Shown here piece after piece: positions 1 to 16,076 of a DNA stretch of 64,000 nt. Every line of letters starts with the position of its first letter. Positions within the stretch are counted from its first letter, which is position 1. The notes beneath the pieces are model-generated. The model had not been told where the DNA came from, did not search any database, and saw nothing but the letters and a program-made list of their open reading frames with translations. The stretch lies in assembly GCA_951406725.2 (NCBI GenBank), contig OX597828.1, forward strand, positions 3,472,001 through 3,536,000, given 5' to 3'. The position numbers and the translations under genes were made by a program. The stretch is from Octopus vulgaris. Its lineage: Eukaryota.

Positions 1-372
1 TTCCCAACACCACCCACGCAATCACATCACTCATCCATTCGTTTATCGATGGATCGATCGATTCATCCATCCATCCATCCATCCATATGTCTACCCAACC
101 ATTTATACGGGCAGTAAGATAGGTGAGAAATCAGCGTAAAGGCATCTGATGTTGGTGAACGACTAGTACTTACGTCTCTATTGTGGTTTGGAAAGTATTA
201 AAAATCAAATCTCCTGTTCCTTCCAGTAGTTCAGTTTTTTAATTTATCAGCTGTATATATAAAAAGTCACTCATAAAAGCAAAGGAGTATTTGATTTTGA
301 AAGGTGAGAAAATGAATTCAAATGGTAGGAATAAATTAAAACTTCAAGTAAAAAACAATAATTTTTCTGAGA

Positions 373-593
373 GAAGGCGACGAGGTCGCAGAAACCTTAG
401 TACGCCGGGCGAAATGCTTAGCGGTATTTCGCCTGTCTTCGTGTTCTGAGTTCAAACTCCACCGAGGTTGACTTTGCTTTTCGTCCTTCCGGGGTCGATA
501 AATTAAGCGCCACTTACGTACTGGGGTCAATCTAATCGACTGGCCTCCTCCCCCAGAATTTCGGGCCTTGTGCCCAGAGTAGAAAAGAATATT
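373..593 (+). mobile_element. tRNA-derived SINE, family A (Nin/Deu-domain-like core)
   Basis: Head AAGGCGACGAG..., B-box-like GAGTTCAAACT, core CTTTTCGTCCTTCCGGGGTCGATAAATTAAG; about ten similar copies in this window. Confidence 0.85.
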
Positions 594-694
594 TCTTTCT
601 ATGAGAGAAAGGACAATTAAAACAGGGGAACTATATTGTACATAGAGTATTATATGATTACACAAAGATGATATATAATTTTACCATTTAACTT

Positions 695-1124
695 TTTCTT
701 CTTTCAGTCATTGGACTGTAGCCATGCTGGGGCACTGCCTTGAAGGTTTTAGTCAAAGATAGACACTTGTTTGTTATTTTTAAGCTTGGTACTTATATTT
801 ATATCTTTCGCTGAACCGTTATATTACAGGAATGTAAACAAAGCAACAGCAGCTGCCTAGTGTTGAGGAGGGGGAACAAACCACACATAAATATATATGT
901 CTCAAAGCATATAGCTCAAAAACACACGCATAACTATACATGCATAAATATTTATATTTATATTATTTACCGCGGGTTTCCACACAATTTCCGTTTACCT
1001 CACAAGGCCCTGGTTGGCCGAGACTTTAGTGGAAGATACTAGCTCTAGGTGCAGCACTTTGTACTGAACTCGAGACCATATGGTTGCAAAACGAGCTCTT
1101 CAACAACGCAACTATGCCTGCAAC
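695..1124 (-). mobile_element. tRNA-derived SINE, family B (diverged copy with internal CA/TA tract)
   Basis: Aligns by eye to 2433-2883 and 25818-26223 (CAGTCATT..GCCATGCTGG; CTCACAAGGC..GGCCCGAG..TAGTGGAAGA). Confidence 0.75.
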
Positions 1125-1420
1125 TAAACTCTACAAGCACCATATTCATTTTGGGAAGTCAACTTAGACTTGATCCATAGATCATAGCTTCAGAAATGAA
1201 ATTTGGTAATGTTTGAAAATAGTTTCCCGAATGCAATAGTGATGTAGTTTCCGAATGGAAAACGTTCTCTCCCCTTAGAAGTACGACATGTTACCGACAT
1301 ATGATCGTAAATATTTTCAAAAAGTTACGTATAGACGGACAAGGTGTATATCTATATAATAAATATGCATACATAGAATACATACATAGAAACTTTCAAA
1401 TAGAACACTTGCATACCTGC

Positions 1421-1489
<69 letters not shown>

Positions 1490-2239
1490 CTAGCTTAAGG
1501 TGACTCGCTCTACGCGCGGGTAAGAGTGTGGTTGTTACTTTCTGTTGCTTCCTTTCTGTTTTTTATCACCACATTCTCCCTCTTTTTTTCTCTCTCACTT
1601 TCCCACTCTCTTACTCTTCCTTTCTCTCTGAGTCTCCCTCGCTTTCTCTTACTCTCTATCTTTCTCTATCTATATCTCTCCCATTTATAAACAACAAAAG
1701 ATCTTGAGTAAGTTGAGAAAGAAAATATTTTGAAAGATCAATCATAAATATCAGGCAGTGACAACGGAAAGGTCTGCTTCAAGGCAGACAGCAAAACACT
1801 AACATTTAAAAGGGACTGACGAACTTGCGAGCTGAATAAAAAAAAAAATATTGGAAACCAAAGTTTGAAGGGATAGAATCTGAGGATAGTAGAGTCATCA
1901 TTTCTTAACGACGGACACCAACGTAGTGGCAGTTTAATGGCTGGCGTAAAATTTTGAACTTGATGTAAAAGAAAATTCCTAAACACCAAGTTTTGAAGTG
2001 ATTCTTTCTCACGACAGTAGACTCACCATGGCAAGCATTCAAAACTTCTTCATCATGGACGGCAACACATTGAAGATTTAAAGGCTGGCGCAAATTTTTT
2101 AGCTTGATGTAACAGAGAATTCCTAAACACCCGCTCCCGTCAATTTTAATCCCTCTCCAGCTCTATTTAGATCTCTTTTCACATTTTGGTTAATATAACC
2201 CGATTTCATTCGAGTCTACACGGGCTACATTTTATAAGA
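1490..2239 (-). mobile_element. Non-autonomous Helitron-type element
   Basis: On the minus strand it ends in a GC hairpin (ACCCGCGCGTAGAGCGAGT) then CACCTTAAGCTAG|T. Probable A|TC start near 2239. A homologous copy lies at 32040-32369 (+). Confidence 0.65.
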
Positions 2240-2432
2240 TGAAGAACATATTGCACACATTATATATATATACATCTTATGGAAATGAAAATGATGTCGA
2301 AAGATTGCAATTTCAGAATCACCCTGCAACTCCTCTGGTGAAACATTTAGTAGCATTTTTAGCCCATCTTCCGCATTGGTAAGTATAATTATTTTACACA
2401 GTTTCGAGATATTTTTTTTACTTCATCCATAT

Positions 2433-2661
2433 TCTTTTACTCTTTTACTTGTTTCAGTCATGTAACTGTGGCCATGCTGGAGCACCAGCTTTAGTCGAGG
2501 AAATCGACCGCAGGACGTATTCTTTGGAAGCCTAGTACTTATTCTATCGGTCTCTTTTGCCGAACCGCTAAGTTACGGGGACGTAAACACACCAGCATCG
2601 GTTATGAAGCGACGTTGGGGGATAAATATATATACATACAAACATATATACACAAACATAT

Positions 2662-2714
<53 letters not shown>

Positions 2715-2883
2715 TACATATATACGACGGGCTTCTTTTCAGTTTCCGTCTATCAAATCCACTCACAAGGCTTTGGTCGGCCCGAGGCTATAATAGAAGA
2801 CACTTGCCCAAGGTGCCACGCAGTGGAACTGAACCCGGAACTATGTGGCTCGTAAGCAAGCTACTTACCACACAGCTACGCCT
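2433..2883 (-). mobile_element. tRNA-derived SINE, family B
   Basis: Minus-strand head with A/B-box-like motifs (GCTGTGTGGTAAG..CCGGGTTCAGTTCC), internal (TA)n, AAAAGAGT-type tail; resembles octopus OR-type SINEs, name not verified. Confidence 0.85.
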
Positions 2884-2969
2884 ATATTGATAAATTGATA
2901 AATATTGATAAATTTTAGAGTATGTATTATGCATTATTATTTTTATTATCATTATTATTATTATTATTG

Positions 2970-3714
2970 TAGACGTCGCACAGTATACCATATCGTGAGG
3001 TTGTTGATTGTAGATATAGGGTCTGCCGGGAGTTTTTACTGTTTGTCAAGTCACAACAAGGACCTCAGACAGACAGTACTTTACGCAATATGCGTGTAGT
3101 TCCAAGTAATGCCGACGTTTGCAATACGTCTAGATTTCAGGGTATTTCTAAGGTTTTCAGATGTCTTTCAGTTTGGGTGGTATTGAACCCAATGCTCCGA
3201 TGACAAAAGGGATAGCCTTTATGCCTAATTACTGACGTGGCAGTGCCAGATCAATATATCACCATAAAAGAAAGAGAAAAGCTCGATAAATACGGAGACG
3301 TGAGCGATCTCAATTCTCAGGTCTCCACATTTATGGACCATTTCTCTTTCTTTCATGGTGATAGATTGATCATGCCCTGCCACGTCAGTTATCAGGCACT
3401 CTTGTTTGTCCCCCACCTAAAGGTTACTATATCCGGCCTTCGGCAATTTAGCACCTTGTCTGTCTGGAAGTTAAAGTCCATTACCTTTTCTGGTGTATGT
3501 TGGTACCAAGTACCCGTAACCTCATATCCATACTTACGGCATAAGTATGAGCTGCCTTGGGCTGCCTTCTTGTGTCTACGCTTGTACTCTTTCTGCACAA
3601 GACTTTCACACGCACTAACAATGTGACTCATGCTTTCGACCCTCTTCCCATACATTCTGCAGAGGTCCGTTGCACATGTGTGGTATATATTCTTTTTCAT
3701 TGAGTTGGTTCTCA

Positions 3715-3715
<1 letters not shown>
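2970..3715 (-). mobile_element. 5'-truncated R4/Dong-like non-LTR retrotransposon 3' fragment (CCHC plus REL endonuclease)
   Basis: ORF 3392..3715 reads CRMYG..ESMSHIVSAC..EYKRRH..W..HTPEKV..FQTD..RPDIV. Flanked on both sides by (TTA)n, which is (TAA)n on the element strand. Confidence 0.85.
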
Positions 3716-3799
<84 letters not shown>

Positions 3800-3874
3800 G
3801 CTGCTGCTGCTGCTGCTGTTGTTGTTGTTGTTGTTGTTATTGTTATTATTATTAATATTATTATTATTATTATT

Positions 3875-3910
<36 letters not shown>

Positions 3911-3953
3911 ATTATTATTATTATTATTATTGTTGTTGTTGTTGTTGTTGTTG

Positions 3954-4010
<57 letters not shown>
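3716..4010. repeat. Compound (TTA)n/(TTG)n/(CTG)n microsatellite
   Basis: Directly visible. Confidence 0.98.
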
Positions 4011-6097
<2,087 letters not shown>

Positions 6098-6284
6098 TAG
6101 GCAAAGATAACTTAAATGATTGATGTAGTCTTCTCCGCAACAATCTTTTGAATAATCGGTGACGTTGAACTCCTATGTATAATTCCAGAAACTCCAGTCT
6201 CAAATAAAATATACACACTCTACATTATATACCGAGCAGTTACCCCACGTGTAAACGAAAACGTCCACAAATATATATATATAA

Positions 6285-6335
<51 letters not shown>

Positions 6336-7173
6336 AACTTATACATGTACACAATGATCATCTCTTTCTTTATACATATCTACACAACTATTTATTTATG
6401 CAGTATTCTTTTTCTCATATTATCCATCCTTCTTTATCTATACATACACATCCATACAGTCATATACAATTTCAAGTTACAGCTATGATATATGTTTTCA
6501 TTTTCGCATTTTCTTTCTTCGTTTCACTCTGATATTTGGTGTCCGAATGCAATTATAATACTGGCGAATTTTGATTGAGTTATTCCAGATTCTGGAATGA
6601 TGTCTGCTATTTAACAGAAACATTTTCTGCTCTACGAAAAATATCACAATAAGAGAAATATAATAGTCTTAAATTTGGCAAAGAAAAGGAAAAAAAAATT
6701 GCTTACAGCTATATCTAATAAGAGAGTTAAAAAATGTATAAAATAAATGCTTATATGTTTATAGAGTTTATGCTTCCAGGCAATATAAATGTGTATGGTT
6801 TTATACAGACACACACACACACACACACACGCACATACACGCACACACACAAACACACACAAACACACACATATATATATGAGATGTGTACTTTATATCT
6901 AATCAATTTTGAATTTGAATATACGTGTGTGTGTGCATGTGTGTGTGTATGTGTGTGTATGTATGTGTATATAATTACATAAAGTTACAGACAGAGCAGT
7001 AATTACACAAATATATCTACGTACATGTATTTTTATGCATGTATTCATAGCAAACTATCCTGCTCGTTTCTCAGTCTAGTTATCTCTATACACAGACTCT
7101 GTCTTTCTACTTCTCCCCCTCTCTTTCTCTCTCTCTTTCACGATCTCTTTCTCTCTTACATACACACACACAG

Positions 7174-7221
<48 letters not shown>

Positions 7222-7435
7222 GTATATACAGACATTCATAGAGACATAATATACATGCAAATGACATTTCGTTTTATTCATTGATACTTACACACACAGA
7301 AATTCGCATAAAGTTATTCGATCCTGTAAGTTGTGTGCGTGTATACATGAATATAAATGTAAATATGCACTTACGCATGAAATCATAACAACGGACACAC
7401 AAGAACACACACATTTTCATAGATACATACACACA

Positions 7436-7489
<54 letters not shown>

Positions 7490-7549
7490 GATATATGTAT
7501 ATATACATATACATATATATATATATATTAGTACCTATATATATATTAG

Positions 7550-7609
<60 letters not shown>

Positions 7610-8135
7610 ATATATATACGTACATACATATATATACCTACATACATACATACGTACATACACACATGTATAAACATATCTATATTATTGCGTACAACAC
7701 ACGTATATATCTACATAGTAATGGAAAAGTAAATATATTTATTATATGCATATGAAAACTATCATCTATACATCTAATATTCTTTCTTCGGTTGTATGAG
7801 CAAATATACATTGCAGTGTCTCTGAAGAAATATCGATACAACTTTTATAAATATGTTGTCGGCCTCAAAAAATCGAACTCGAACACACGGTAAGAAGCAT
7901 ACCATACGTACACCACGCGAATGTACATACATATGTGCATACCAACACGCATACACTTACATACAAGCCCACGTATGTTTAGTTATGATATATATATATG
8001 AACATTTGCAATATAGTCTGAGAACGATTTTTCGTTGTCCATGCAATCGGTCATAGAAAAAGTCTTACAGGAACATTTTAAGAATATCTTCCGTACATCT
8101 ACTCATGTCTTTTTCTCATAAACATCCGTATTGAT

Positions 8136-8226
<91 letters not shown>

Positions 8227-8677
8227 ACATATGTGTGTAAAGCCTTGGCATCAAATATGACAAATATATACATATATGCATGCGCATATATATAACTATA
8301 CATATTTTCATGTATGTATATGTACACAGGCATGCCTGCATACATACATACATACATACATACATACATACATACATTCATATATACATACATACATATA
8401 TGCATATGTGTGGGTAAAGAGAAGAGAAAGAGGGCGAGGGAAAGGAAAGGAAGAAAGAAAGACAGAAAGGAAGAAAAAATGCCCGTGCGAGCAAGGCAAA
8501 CATATATATTTTCATAAAAATGTATATGTAATTAAAGGTTTTTTTTCAGTATTATTATATGGTTAATCGAAGAATGCATTTTTACATCTTTCACTGTCCA
8601 CAGAAGACCTATGAAAGAGAATAAATATGTATGGATTGTGTACTTGTTTCAGTTATATTTTCAGCTTGTGTATCTTT

Positions 8678-8750
<73 letters not shown>

Positions 8751-9379
8751 GCGCTCGCTCTTATGCACATACTCACATTCACACACACACACACACACAC
8801 ACATATGCATTATATATGCATACATAAATCTCCAATGGCTCTGTGAAACGGAAAATGTCTGTATGCATAAGTCTGTGATTGCTTATATACTCACGCAACA
8901 TCCGGAAATACTCAATGTTGACCATCACAATACTTAGATGCCAGTACTATTAGTTTCTGTTTTGTTTTCTTGTTGACAGAAACCGCTCTTCTCTTAGAAT
9001 TCAATAATGCTTTAGATAGACGTATATCCTCATATATAACACGAGTCTGATTCTATGTTTCTCAACTTCTCGTAAAAGAGCATTCCTGGCATATCGCAAA
9101 TAAAATAACTTCAGCCATTAATTAATTTGTCTGCATGTTATCGTATATTAGATTATTACCGGATGTATATTCTTACCCCCTCTGGGTACCTGGCTGTTGT
9201 TTGATGTAATTGATTGAATATACCCTGTAGTATTATTGTTGCTTTCCATTGACAACGGCAATGTAGCGTTACATGTGAGAAAAAATATACTAGAACGACT
9301 GCGTAACAGAGTAAATAGTAAAAATTGCTTCCCTTCATTTGACAGTTTCTACAACATTCATTTAAAAAATTATTTCTCT

Positions 9380-10300
9380 TTATCACAGATTTTGCTGGAG
9401 CTCCTGCTTGCTACCTGCAGCCTGTGGTATCATACTATCCGGTCGTTTCAGTTATCTAACCTTTTGTAACAGTTCTACTGAGCACTCTATTTCAATGTCC
9501 TTTATATTCCTCTTGATGCCTTCTGATACTGTTCCAATAATCGGGACTATCTTCACCTTCATTTTCCAAAGCCGGCCTATTTCGTACCTAAGCGGGTTGT
9601 ATTTACCTATCTTTTCGCCTTCCTTCTTGCCTATTCGTGGATCAAAGGGGCATCTAACATCAACTATATAGCATATATGGTGCACCTTGTCCACCATCAC
9701 TAGGTCCCGTCTGTTATGCTCTAGCACCTGATCTGTTAGGATTAGAAAATCCCAGAGGATTTACTAGTCTCCCACTCAGCCACTCTCTGCGGTCTGTGCT
9801 CATACCACGTTTTGCTTCTCTCCAGACCCCACTTTTCGCACAGTTTTCAGTGTAGCACTTTCGCTATCTGATCGTGTCGCTATAACTTGTTGTGGTTTGG
9901 GGCAAGTCTAGAGCATTCGTCCGTGGTATGGGTGATGGTTTCATTCACTCTAGTGCAGCTGCGGCACAGCGGACACTTGCTCATTCCTAAGTTTGGCACT
10001 CTAGTTCATGGTCAAAGCTTGGTGCTGCGCTGCTAGTATAGTGCTCACGGTCTCGTTTTTTAGTGTTCCTTTCATCAGCCAATCCCACCTATTTTTGTCC
10101 AGCAACTTCTGTTGTGGCTACATGGAATGGATTGTACAGTCCCTTCTTGCGTAATTCTTCCTCACTTCTTCCTTTGTTTTTCCTTTTTTTCTGTATTTTC
10201 AATACTCCCTCGTTTCTAACTGTCACTAGTTAGGTTTCCTTACTTTGGGCTAGGTATTTCATTAAGCTCTCGAGTTCGATACGCATGCAGTCTTCCACCC
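9380..10300 (-). mobile_element. R4/Dong-like LINE 3' fragment
   Basis: Minus-strand PLCRSC..ETITH..EC..RHD (~9870-9972) and ORF 9452..9727 (R.DLVMVDK..IVDVRCPFD..K..KY..L). Confidence 0.85.
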
Positions 10301-10559
10301 ATGTTTTCAGAGGTGAATTATTCAAACCCCAAAGAATCCCTCTCAACACATAGCTTTGATGCTCCCCCACTACTTCTGCTCGTGATCAGAGATGCACATA
10401 TCGTCAGCCACTAAGGGACATGCTCAACTGGTTAAGGCCAAACAACTGACAAGCAAATCTGTGATATTGAGCAGAATATTTGCTGTAGTCCATCTTTTAT
10501 ACCAAGACAAATCAATCAGTTAAGATCAGAAGCCACGAGAGTCACTGCCTGGCACTGCA

Positions 10560-10805
10560 TCATCATCATCACCACCGTGTATTTTGGATAAGTGCTCTGC
10601 GTGGAATATGCGTTGTGCCTAGAAGTATGTTATGTATATTCACATATCTTGGTGTTTTGGTTATGTACTAGTCTGTATGATTTTGTTCATACCTAAAACA
10701 TGTATTATAGGAATTGCTTCTGTCCTCAGGTTCCACACTTAGATTAGCTGAATTTCTAAATCGTTGTATTCTGGGAATTTCTCCTTTTCTTTTAGTTCCA
10801 TTGTT
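10560..10805 (-). mobile_element. Short R4/Dong-like LINE 3' end
   Basis: Minus strand reads EKFPEYNDLEIQL..VWNLRTEAIPII, like the C-terminus of ORF 5396; ends in (ATG)n. Confidence 0.65.
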
Positions 10806-11419
10806 ATAGGCACAGACATGGCTATGTGCTTAAATCTATAAAATTATTCCTCACAAGGTCATATTTGGCGACACGGCTTTACCATTGAACATACCTTACA
10901 TATACGCTCGAAGTACACCCTACATATTCCTCTAGCACAATGCCCTTCATCTACTAACCCTGTTGGCAGATAAGGCAAAATTAAACCAAATATAATGTGA
11001 ACGCAGTTAGACTTATCTCAGTATTGTGTTCAGTTAAATTCGAATATTCCTTGGTCTGTATATTACATTAATCAATATCAAATATTTGTTAATTTGTGCC
11101 TTAGGTTTAACGGTCGTATATTTTTAGACTTTAAATGAATGACTTCTCCCGAAACGGAAACAAAATTTGATTTAGAGATTACGCACGACGAGAGAATGAC
11201 CCTTACTCTATGGCCTTGGTCAGTATATGAATATGCAATAGCTACAGAAGACAACTTTTAGAACACTTTACATAAAGCATTTCGATTGCTTTGAGTAATA
11301 GTCTAAATAATGTCTAACACACTACATTTAAAAACTAAAAGATATCGATGTAATTGATAAATCAAACGTGTATATGTGTATGACCACAAACAGAGTATTG
11401 TTAAGACACAAGTGTTAAA

Positions 11420-11712
11420 TGTATGAGCACTCCGTCGACTATGACGACGAGGGTTCCATTTGGTCCGATCAACGTACAGCCTGCTAGTGAAATTAACGTG
11501 CAAGTGGCTGAGCACTTTACGGATACGCATACACTTAGCGTAGTTCTCAGTGAGATTCAGTGTGTCACAGTATGTGACAAGGCCAGTCCTTTGAATTCCA
11601 GTTACCACTCATTTTGCCAGCTTAGTGAACCGGAGCAGCGGGAAATAAAGTGTCTTCCCGAAGAACACAACGCGCCACCGGAAATCGAACGTGAACAATT
11701 ATACTAACCACA
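11420..11712 (-). mobile_element. tRNA-derived SINE, family C
   Basis: Homologous to 43310-43610 (GCACTCC..GACGAGGGTT..ACAGCCTGCT..AAATTAA.GTGCA.GTGGCT..GTAGTTCTCAG). Confidence 0.7.
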
Positions 11713-11852
11713 AAAACAAACAATTAATTAGAAACGTCATTACTTAGTGACTGTAGACAATCCCAAGAATCGAACTTACCAAGTACTGCTTAGGTATATT
11801 ATGTTGTTGTAAGTCACAATTATAAACTTAAGCAGCATTATAAAATGGACAT

Positions 11853-12614
11853 GTACAAAGTGCATTCCAGAAGTTTTTAGGAATTTCCAGGTGAGAAATG
11901 TACTCATTTCAAAGAAGTACAAAACTCGCTGATTGAAAGTAGACTAATCTGACTTCAATGGAACTGTTGTAGCGCTCCAGGCGTGAATGCCACATAGAAG
12001 TCATCCGAATTGATTTGGGGGAAAACAAAAGTCAGCGGGAGCAAGATCTGGACTGCAGGTGAATGAGAGGAAGCTTTTATATCCATCTCTGTCAAGTACC
12101 AAGTTGTTTGACACTTGGCACCTTTGCATAAATTTTGTGCGTGTGCAGATTTTCATTGACAATTCTGTGTATAGTTGGTACACCAATTCCAAGCAGTAGG
12201 CTTATTGCCTTGTAAAATATGACGGCCGTCATCCAGAGAACCGCGTGTTTTCTCAACCAGCTCTAATATTTTGATCTCCCCCTCCTCCTAGACCTCTCAT
12301 CATCTCTCACCTCCTCTCTACTCTCTTTGAACGAACCCTTTATGAGAGCCTGAAGCAATGTGGTGCAGTTCACAAGTTTCTGTAGCATTTTTGTCCTGTT
12401 TAACACAAAAACTGAAATCTGCAAACTAGTCAGCTGTGGCAGCAGAGTTTAGTAGGATGTGTTCAAAGTGCTTTTACAGCCTTGGAATACCAAAAGTTGG
12501 CAAGTCAGCTTATAATATGTTTAGTAATGATATACCAAACATTACTCTAATCTAAGTCAGTTATAACTGGATCTTCTAAAAGAGATTCACAAAACTTCTG
12601 GATTGTATCTCGTA
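11853..12614 (-). mobile_element. Internally deleted mariner fossil
   Basis: Imperfect TIRs (TACAAAGTGCATTCCAGAAGTTTT / AAAACTTCTGGATTGTATCTCGTA). ORF 12001..12192 has SPDLAPADF, the mariner YSPDLAP motif. Confidence 0.75.
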
Positions 12615-13074
12615 ACTTATTAATTTGCAGTTCGGAACTGTATCTGCGAGACAAATTGTATCTGATAAAAATATTTAACTTATACATGAAAAGCGTAGTC
12701 TTATTTGATTTATGTTACGGTTCACTACAATTCACAGATACATACATATATTTCAAGTTGAAGCTTCTGTTTACTTCGAAAGTATGAAAAATATAATATA
12801 AACTATTCTTAGTCTTCTTTACAAATCTTTCAGTGAAAACTTAAAGACATCCACAAATTTTTGTAGATATACTGTGGAAAAGAAATTCCAAAGATAAGGC
12901 ATTCTTTGCATTAGAAAATATAAAAAAATAATACAAGTAACATTAGAAAAGAAGGTTGCTTTAATCGTAAGTAGATCTAATGTTTATCATGCCATCCAGA
13001 AGTGGTTTTGATGTCAAAATTATAGATACTAAATTGGAGATTTTCATATTTTAATATGTGATAATATTGATTTA

Positions 13075-13283
13075 AAAATTTAACACAAGGTCAGTAAGTC
13101 CGGGGTAGGAGATAAGTCGTTTATAGCAAGCCCAACGTTCTAATGATATTAATTTTACCTATCACGAAAGAATGAAAGGCAATGGTCGACGTCGCTGAAA
13201 TTTGAACTAAGAACGTGAAAAAAAAATGATGAAATACTACTAAACGCCTTTCACGGTAACGTTTCCGCCAGCTCGCCGCCTTT
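13075..13283 (-). mobile_element. SINE family A, diverged
   Basis: GAATGAAAGGCAA..GTCGAC..TTTGAACT..CCAGCTCGCCGCCTT. Confidence 0.75.
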
Positions 13284-14030
13284 AATAAGTCATAATATCA
13301 AGTTTACAATGACAAGAAAGCCAGTTATCACTAGAAATATAATTTCACATTTGTTAGTAAAGAAATTTCCATATTTATATTTCTGAGGAATATACTCAAC
13401 GCTGTTTTATTACGCGGCACACTTATCTTTCTCCTATTTAATGCTTCACAAAATGAGGATAAGTATTGTTTAATGAACCCTTGATTCCTCACTACAAATT
13501 ATTCAGGTTTATCCTGCAGGAGCATACTTTTAACATGCAATAATAAGAAAAATTGTAAAGAGAAAATTCGAAAATATCTAGGGGAGCAGAAAAGAAGCCA
13601 TACGAGGAGGAAACAGATACATGCACACTGAGAAGTGTAATACTTACTAATAAGCAGTGATCGTATACATTATGAGTACCAATTTAAAAGAGAAAAAAAG
13701 TGCAATAAGACTGGATTCGATCCATGTAATATAGCTTACCACTAGGCCTCATTACCGATCACACTTCAAAGTGTGTTTTGCTCCATTACAACTAAATACT
13801 ATAAATCTTTTGTTTTAAATTAAGCGAAATTATTTTATGCTCACAAATTTCTGGGTTGCTTCAAAGCTGATACAGAAGGTACAATGTAGACAGAACTATT
13901 TCTAATTGTCTGGTCACTCACTCGGTTGCGTCCTCCGTTAAAGTATCATCGGCGCGTTGGAGCTGGGCTTCTTTTTTTGGTGTGTGGCATAATTATCGTA
14001 AGAGCCATCACACATACAGACACACTCCCT

Positions 14031-15110
14031 ATGCGTATCGCCTTCACCTTCGAAACGCAGAGTAGATGAAACCAAGGCGACTGAAGAAGGGGAATTTTCC
14101 TTGTATTACTTGTCCTGTACTCTATTTTTTTGTTGTTTAAGAAAAATGCTCAGTTCCTTGGTTTTGTGTTTATGTTTTCGTTTCTCATTGTGTTCGACGT
14201 TTTTTTTGGTGTCCTGTACCCATATATGCATGTATATATACATGTAGAGGTAGGTATTTACATATATGTATGTATATATGCATATGTTTTATTTATTAAT
14301 TTATTATATGACGGAACACACGCATCCATTTCTAAGTAAGATTGTTCTTGATATTAATAATGATGCGCACTCTTGACATTTTGTCCCCTCCCTTTCTCAG
14401 CCTTCATTCTTTCTGGTTTCCTTTTCTTCTACCTTACTGCCTCTCCCTCTCTCTCATTCTTCATTCTTTCTGGTTTCCTCACAACCATTCCCTGTTTTTC
14501 TCTCCCTTTCTCTCGCTCTTCCTCCTCTCTCCCGTCGTTGACCTGCGACGAGAGGTCTGATACTGTCTTTCTGGCCTGACTTCCTTGAAGTGTGGACGGC
14601 ATTTTCTGTTGCTCCTTCGCCGTTCTCAAAAATAACGTTTGTAATACTTTTTCTCGTTCGGCTTAACAGCCCTTCTTGTCTTGTTATTCTCCTTGTCCTG
14701 TCTTTTACTGTTTATATTTTGTACTGTCGTTACTGTTCTGTTGTTGTTACCATTTTTACCCCTCCGCAAAAAAATCTCAAATTTTATTTAATTTGGTTTT
14801 CGCGGGAAGGAAAGTTTCTATCGAAGATGCGTATCGCCTTCACCTTCGAAACGCAGAGTAAGTGAAACCATGGCGACTGAAGAAGGGGAATTTCCTTGTT
14901 TTATTTATCCAGTACTCTATTTTTTTGTTGTTTAAGAAAAAATGTCCAATTCCTTGGCTTTGTGTTTATGTTTTCGTTTCTCATTGTGTTCGACTTTTGT
15001 TTTTTGTGTCCTGTACGCATATATGCATGTATATATACATGTAGAGGTAGGTACGTACATACATGTATGTATGTATCTATGCATATGTTTTATTTATTAA
15101 TTTATTATAT
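14031..15110 (+). mobile_element. Element with ~280-bp terminal direct repeats (14031-14309 and 14827-15110), probably a Penelope-like partial tandem (pLTR)
   Basis: The direct repeat is visible. It has no TG..CA termini, the interior is pyrimidine-rich, and CGAAAC..GTA and CTGAAGA motifs occur in the repeat. Confidence 0.65.
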
Positions 15111-15111
15111 A

Positions 15112-15169
<58 letters not shown>

Positions 15170-15183
15170 TGTATGTATGTCTG

Positions 15184-15235
<52 letters not shown>

Positions 15236-15519
15236 CTAATATAGAATAAAATTGTTTTCGGAAAAAAAATTCATCAAAAGTGGCAGCATATTAAAATATC
15301 TATAAAGGTGAAAATTATAAACAATTTATAAACAAGGGCAAAAGAAAAGATATTGTTTATAAATTATCTGTCTATCTATATACATATATATATGTATGTT
15401 TAGTATATATGTATGTATGTGTCAATACATCTGTTCTTATAATTATGTATGCATGAGTATATGTACGTATATTATATATACTCATTGGGATTGGAGTTTT
15501 AGAGTCTGTCTTGATTGGT

Positions 15520-15630
15520 TACCCTTTGGGGTCGATTAAATAAGTGCCAGTATAGCACTGGGGTCGATGTAATCGACTTACACCCTCCCCACAAGTTTCA
15601 GGCATTGTGCCAGTAGGAGGAAGTATTTAG
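15520..15630 (+). mobile_element. SINE family A, 3' half
   Basis: CCTTTGGGGTCGATTAAATAAGTGCCAG..CTGGGGTCGATGTAATCGACT. Confidence 0.7.
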
Positions 15631-16033
15631 ATCGGCCACACCATAAGAGTAAGATTGCAAGAAAATATCTTTTAAAATTCTGATGTGGTTTAGTTCTTTT
15701 TGTCATCTTCGCACAACTATGCATCGTAAGAGTTTATCTAACAGATGATCTAACTAACGCTATCATCTGTTACGCATGAATTAGTAGAGCTACATTAGTT
15801 CTCCAGGAATGCAAGAATAACCAATCTTCACTTCAAACAGGTGGACGCATCGGTTGCTGCTTCACTGATATTAGGTATAAACCGCAACATGTATTCCTGG
15901 CGTTGGATTTGCAGGTTTCTTATTTACGGCCATACGGCCCGTCATTTTGTATTTTTCTTATTGATATCGAGTGGGCATCGTTTATGTATGTAATATGCGT
16001 AGTATCTGTCTATGAAAGTTATGTATATATATA

Positions 16034-16076
<43 letters not shown>

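Noticed and set aside
10300-10558. Probable interspersed repeat between two LINE fragments (similarly 34813-34945)
   Set aside because: Single copy in this window with no diagnostic motif; cannot be classified from sequence alone.
13915-14030. Possible minus-strand exon with a strong GTGAGT donor
   Set aside because: No good acceptor, and stops in all three frames from the plausible AG.
15739-15772. Hairpin TAACAGATGAT..ATCATCTGTTA
   Set aside because: Only 11-bp arms with a 12-nt spacer; could be chance and has no supporting context.
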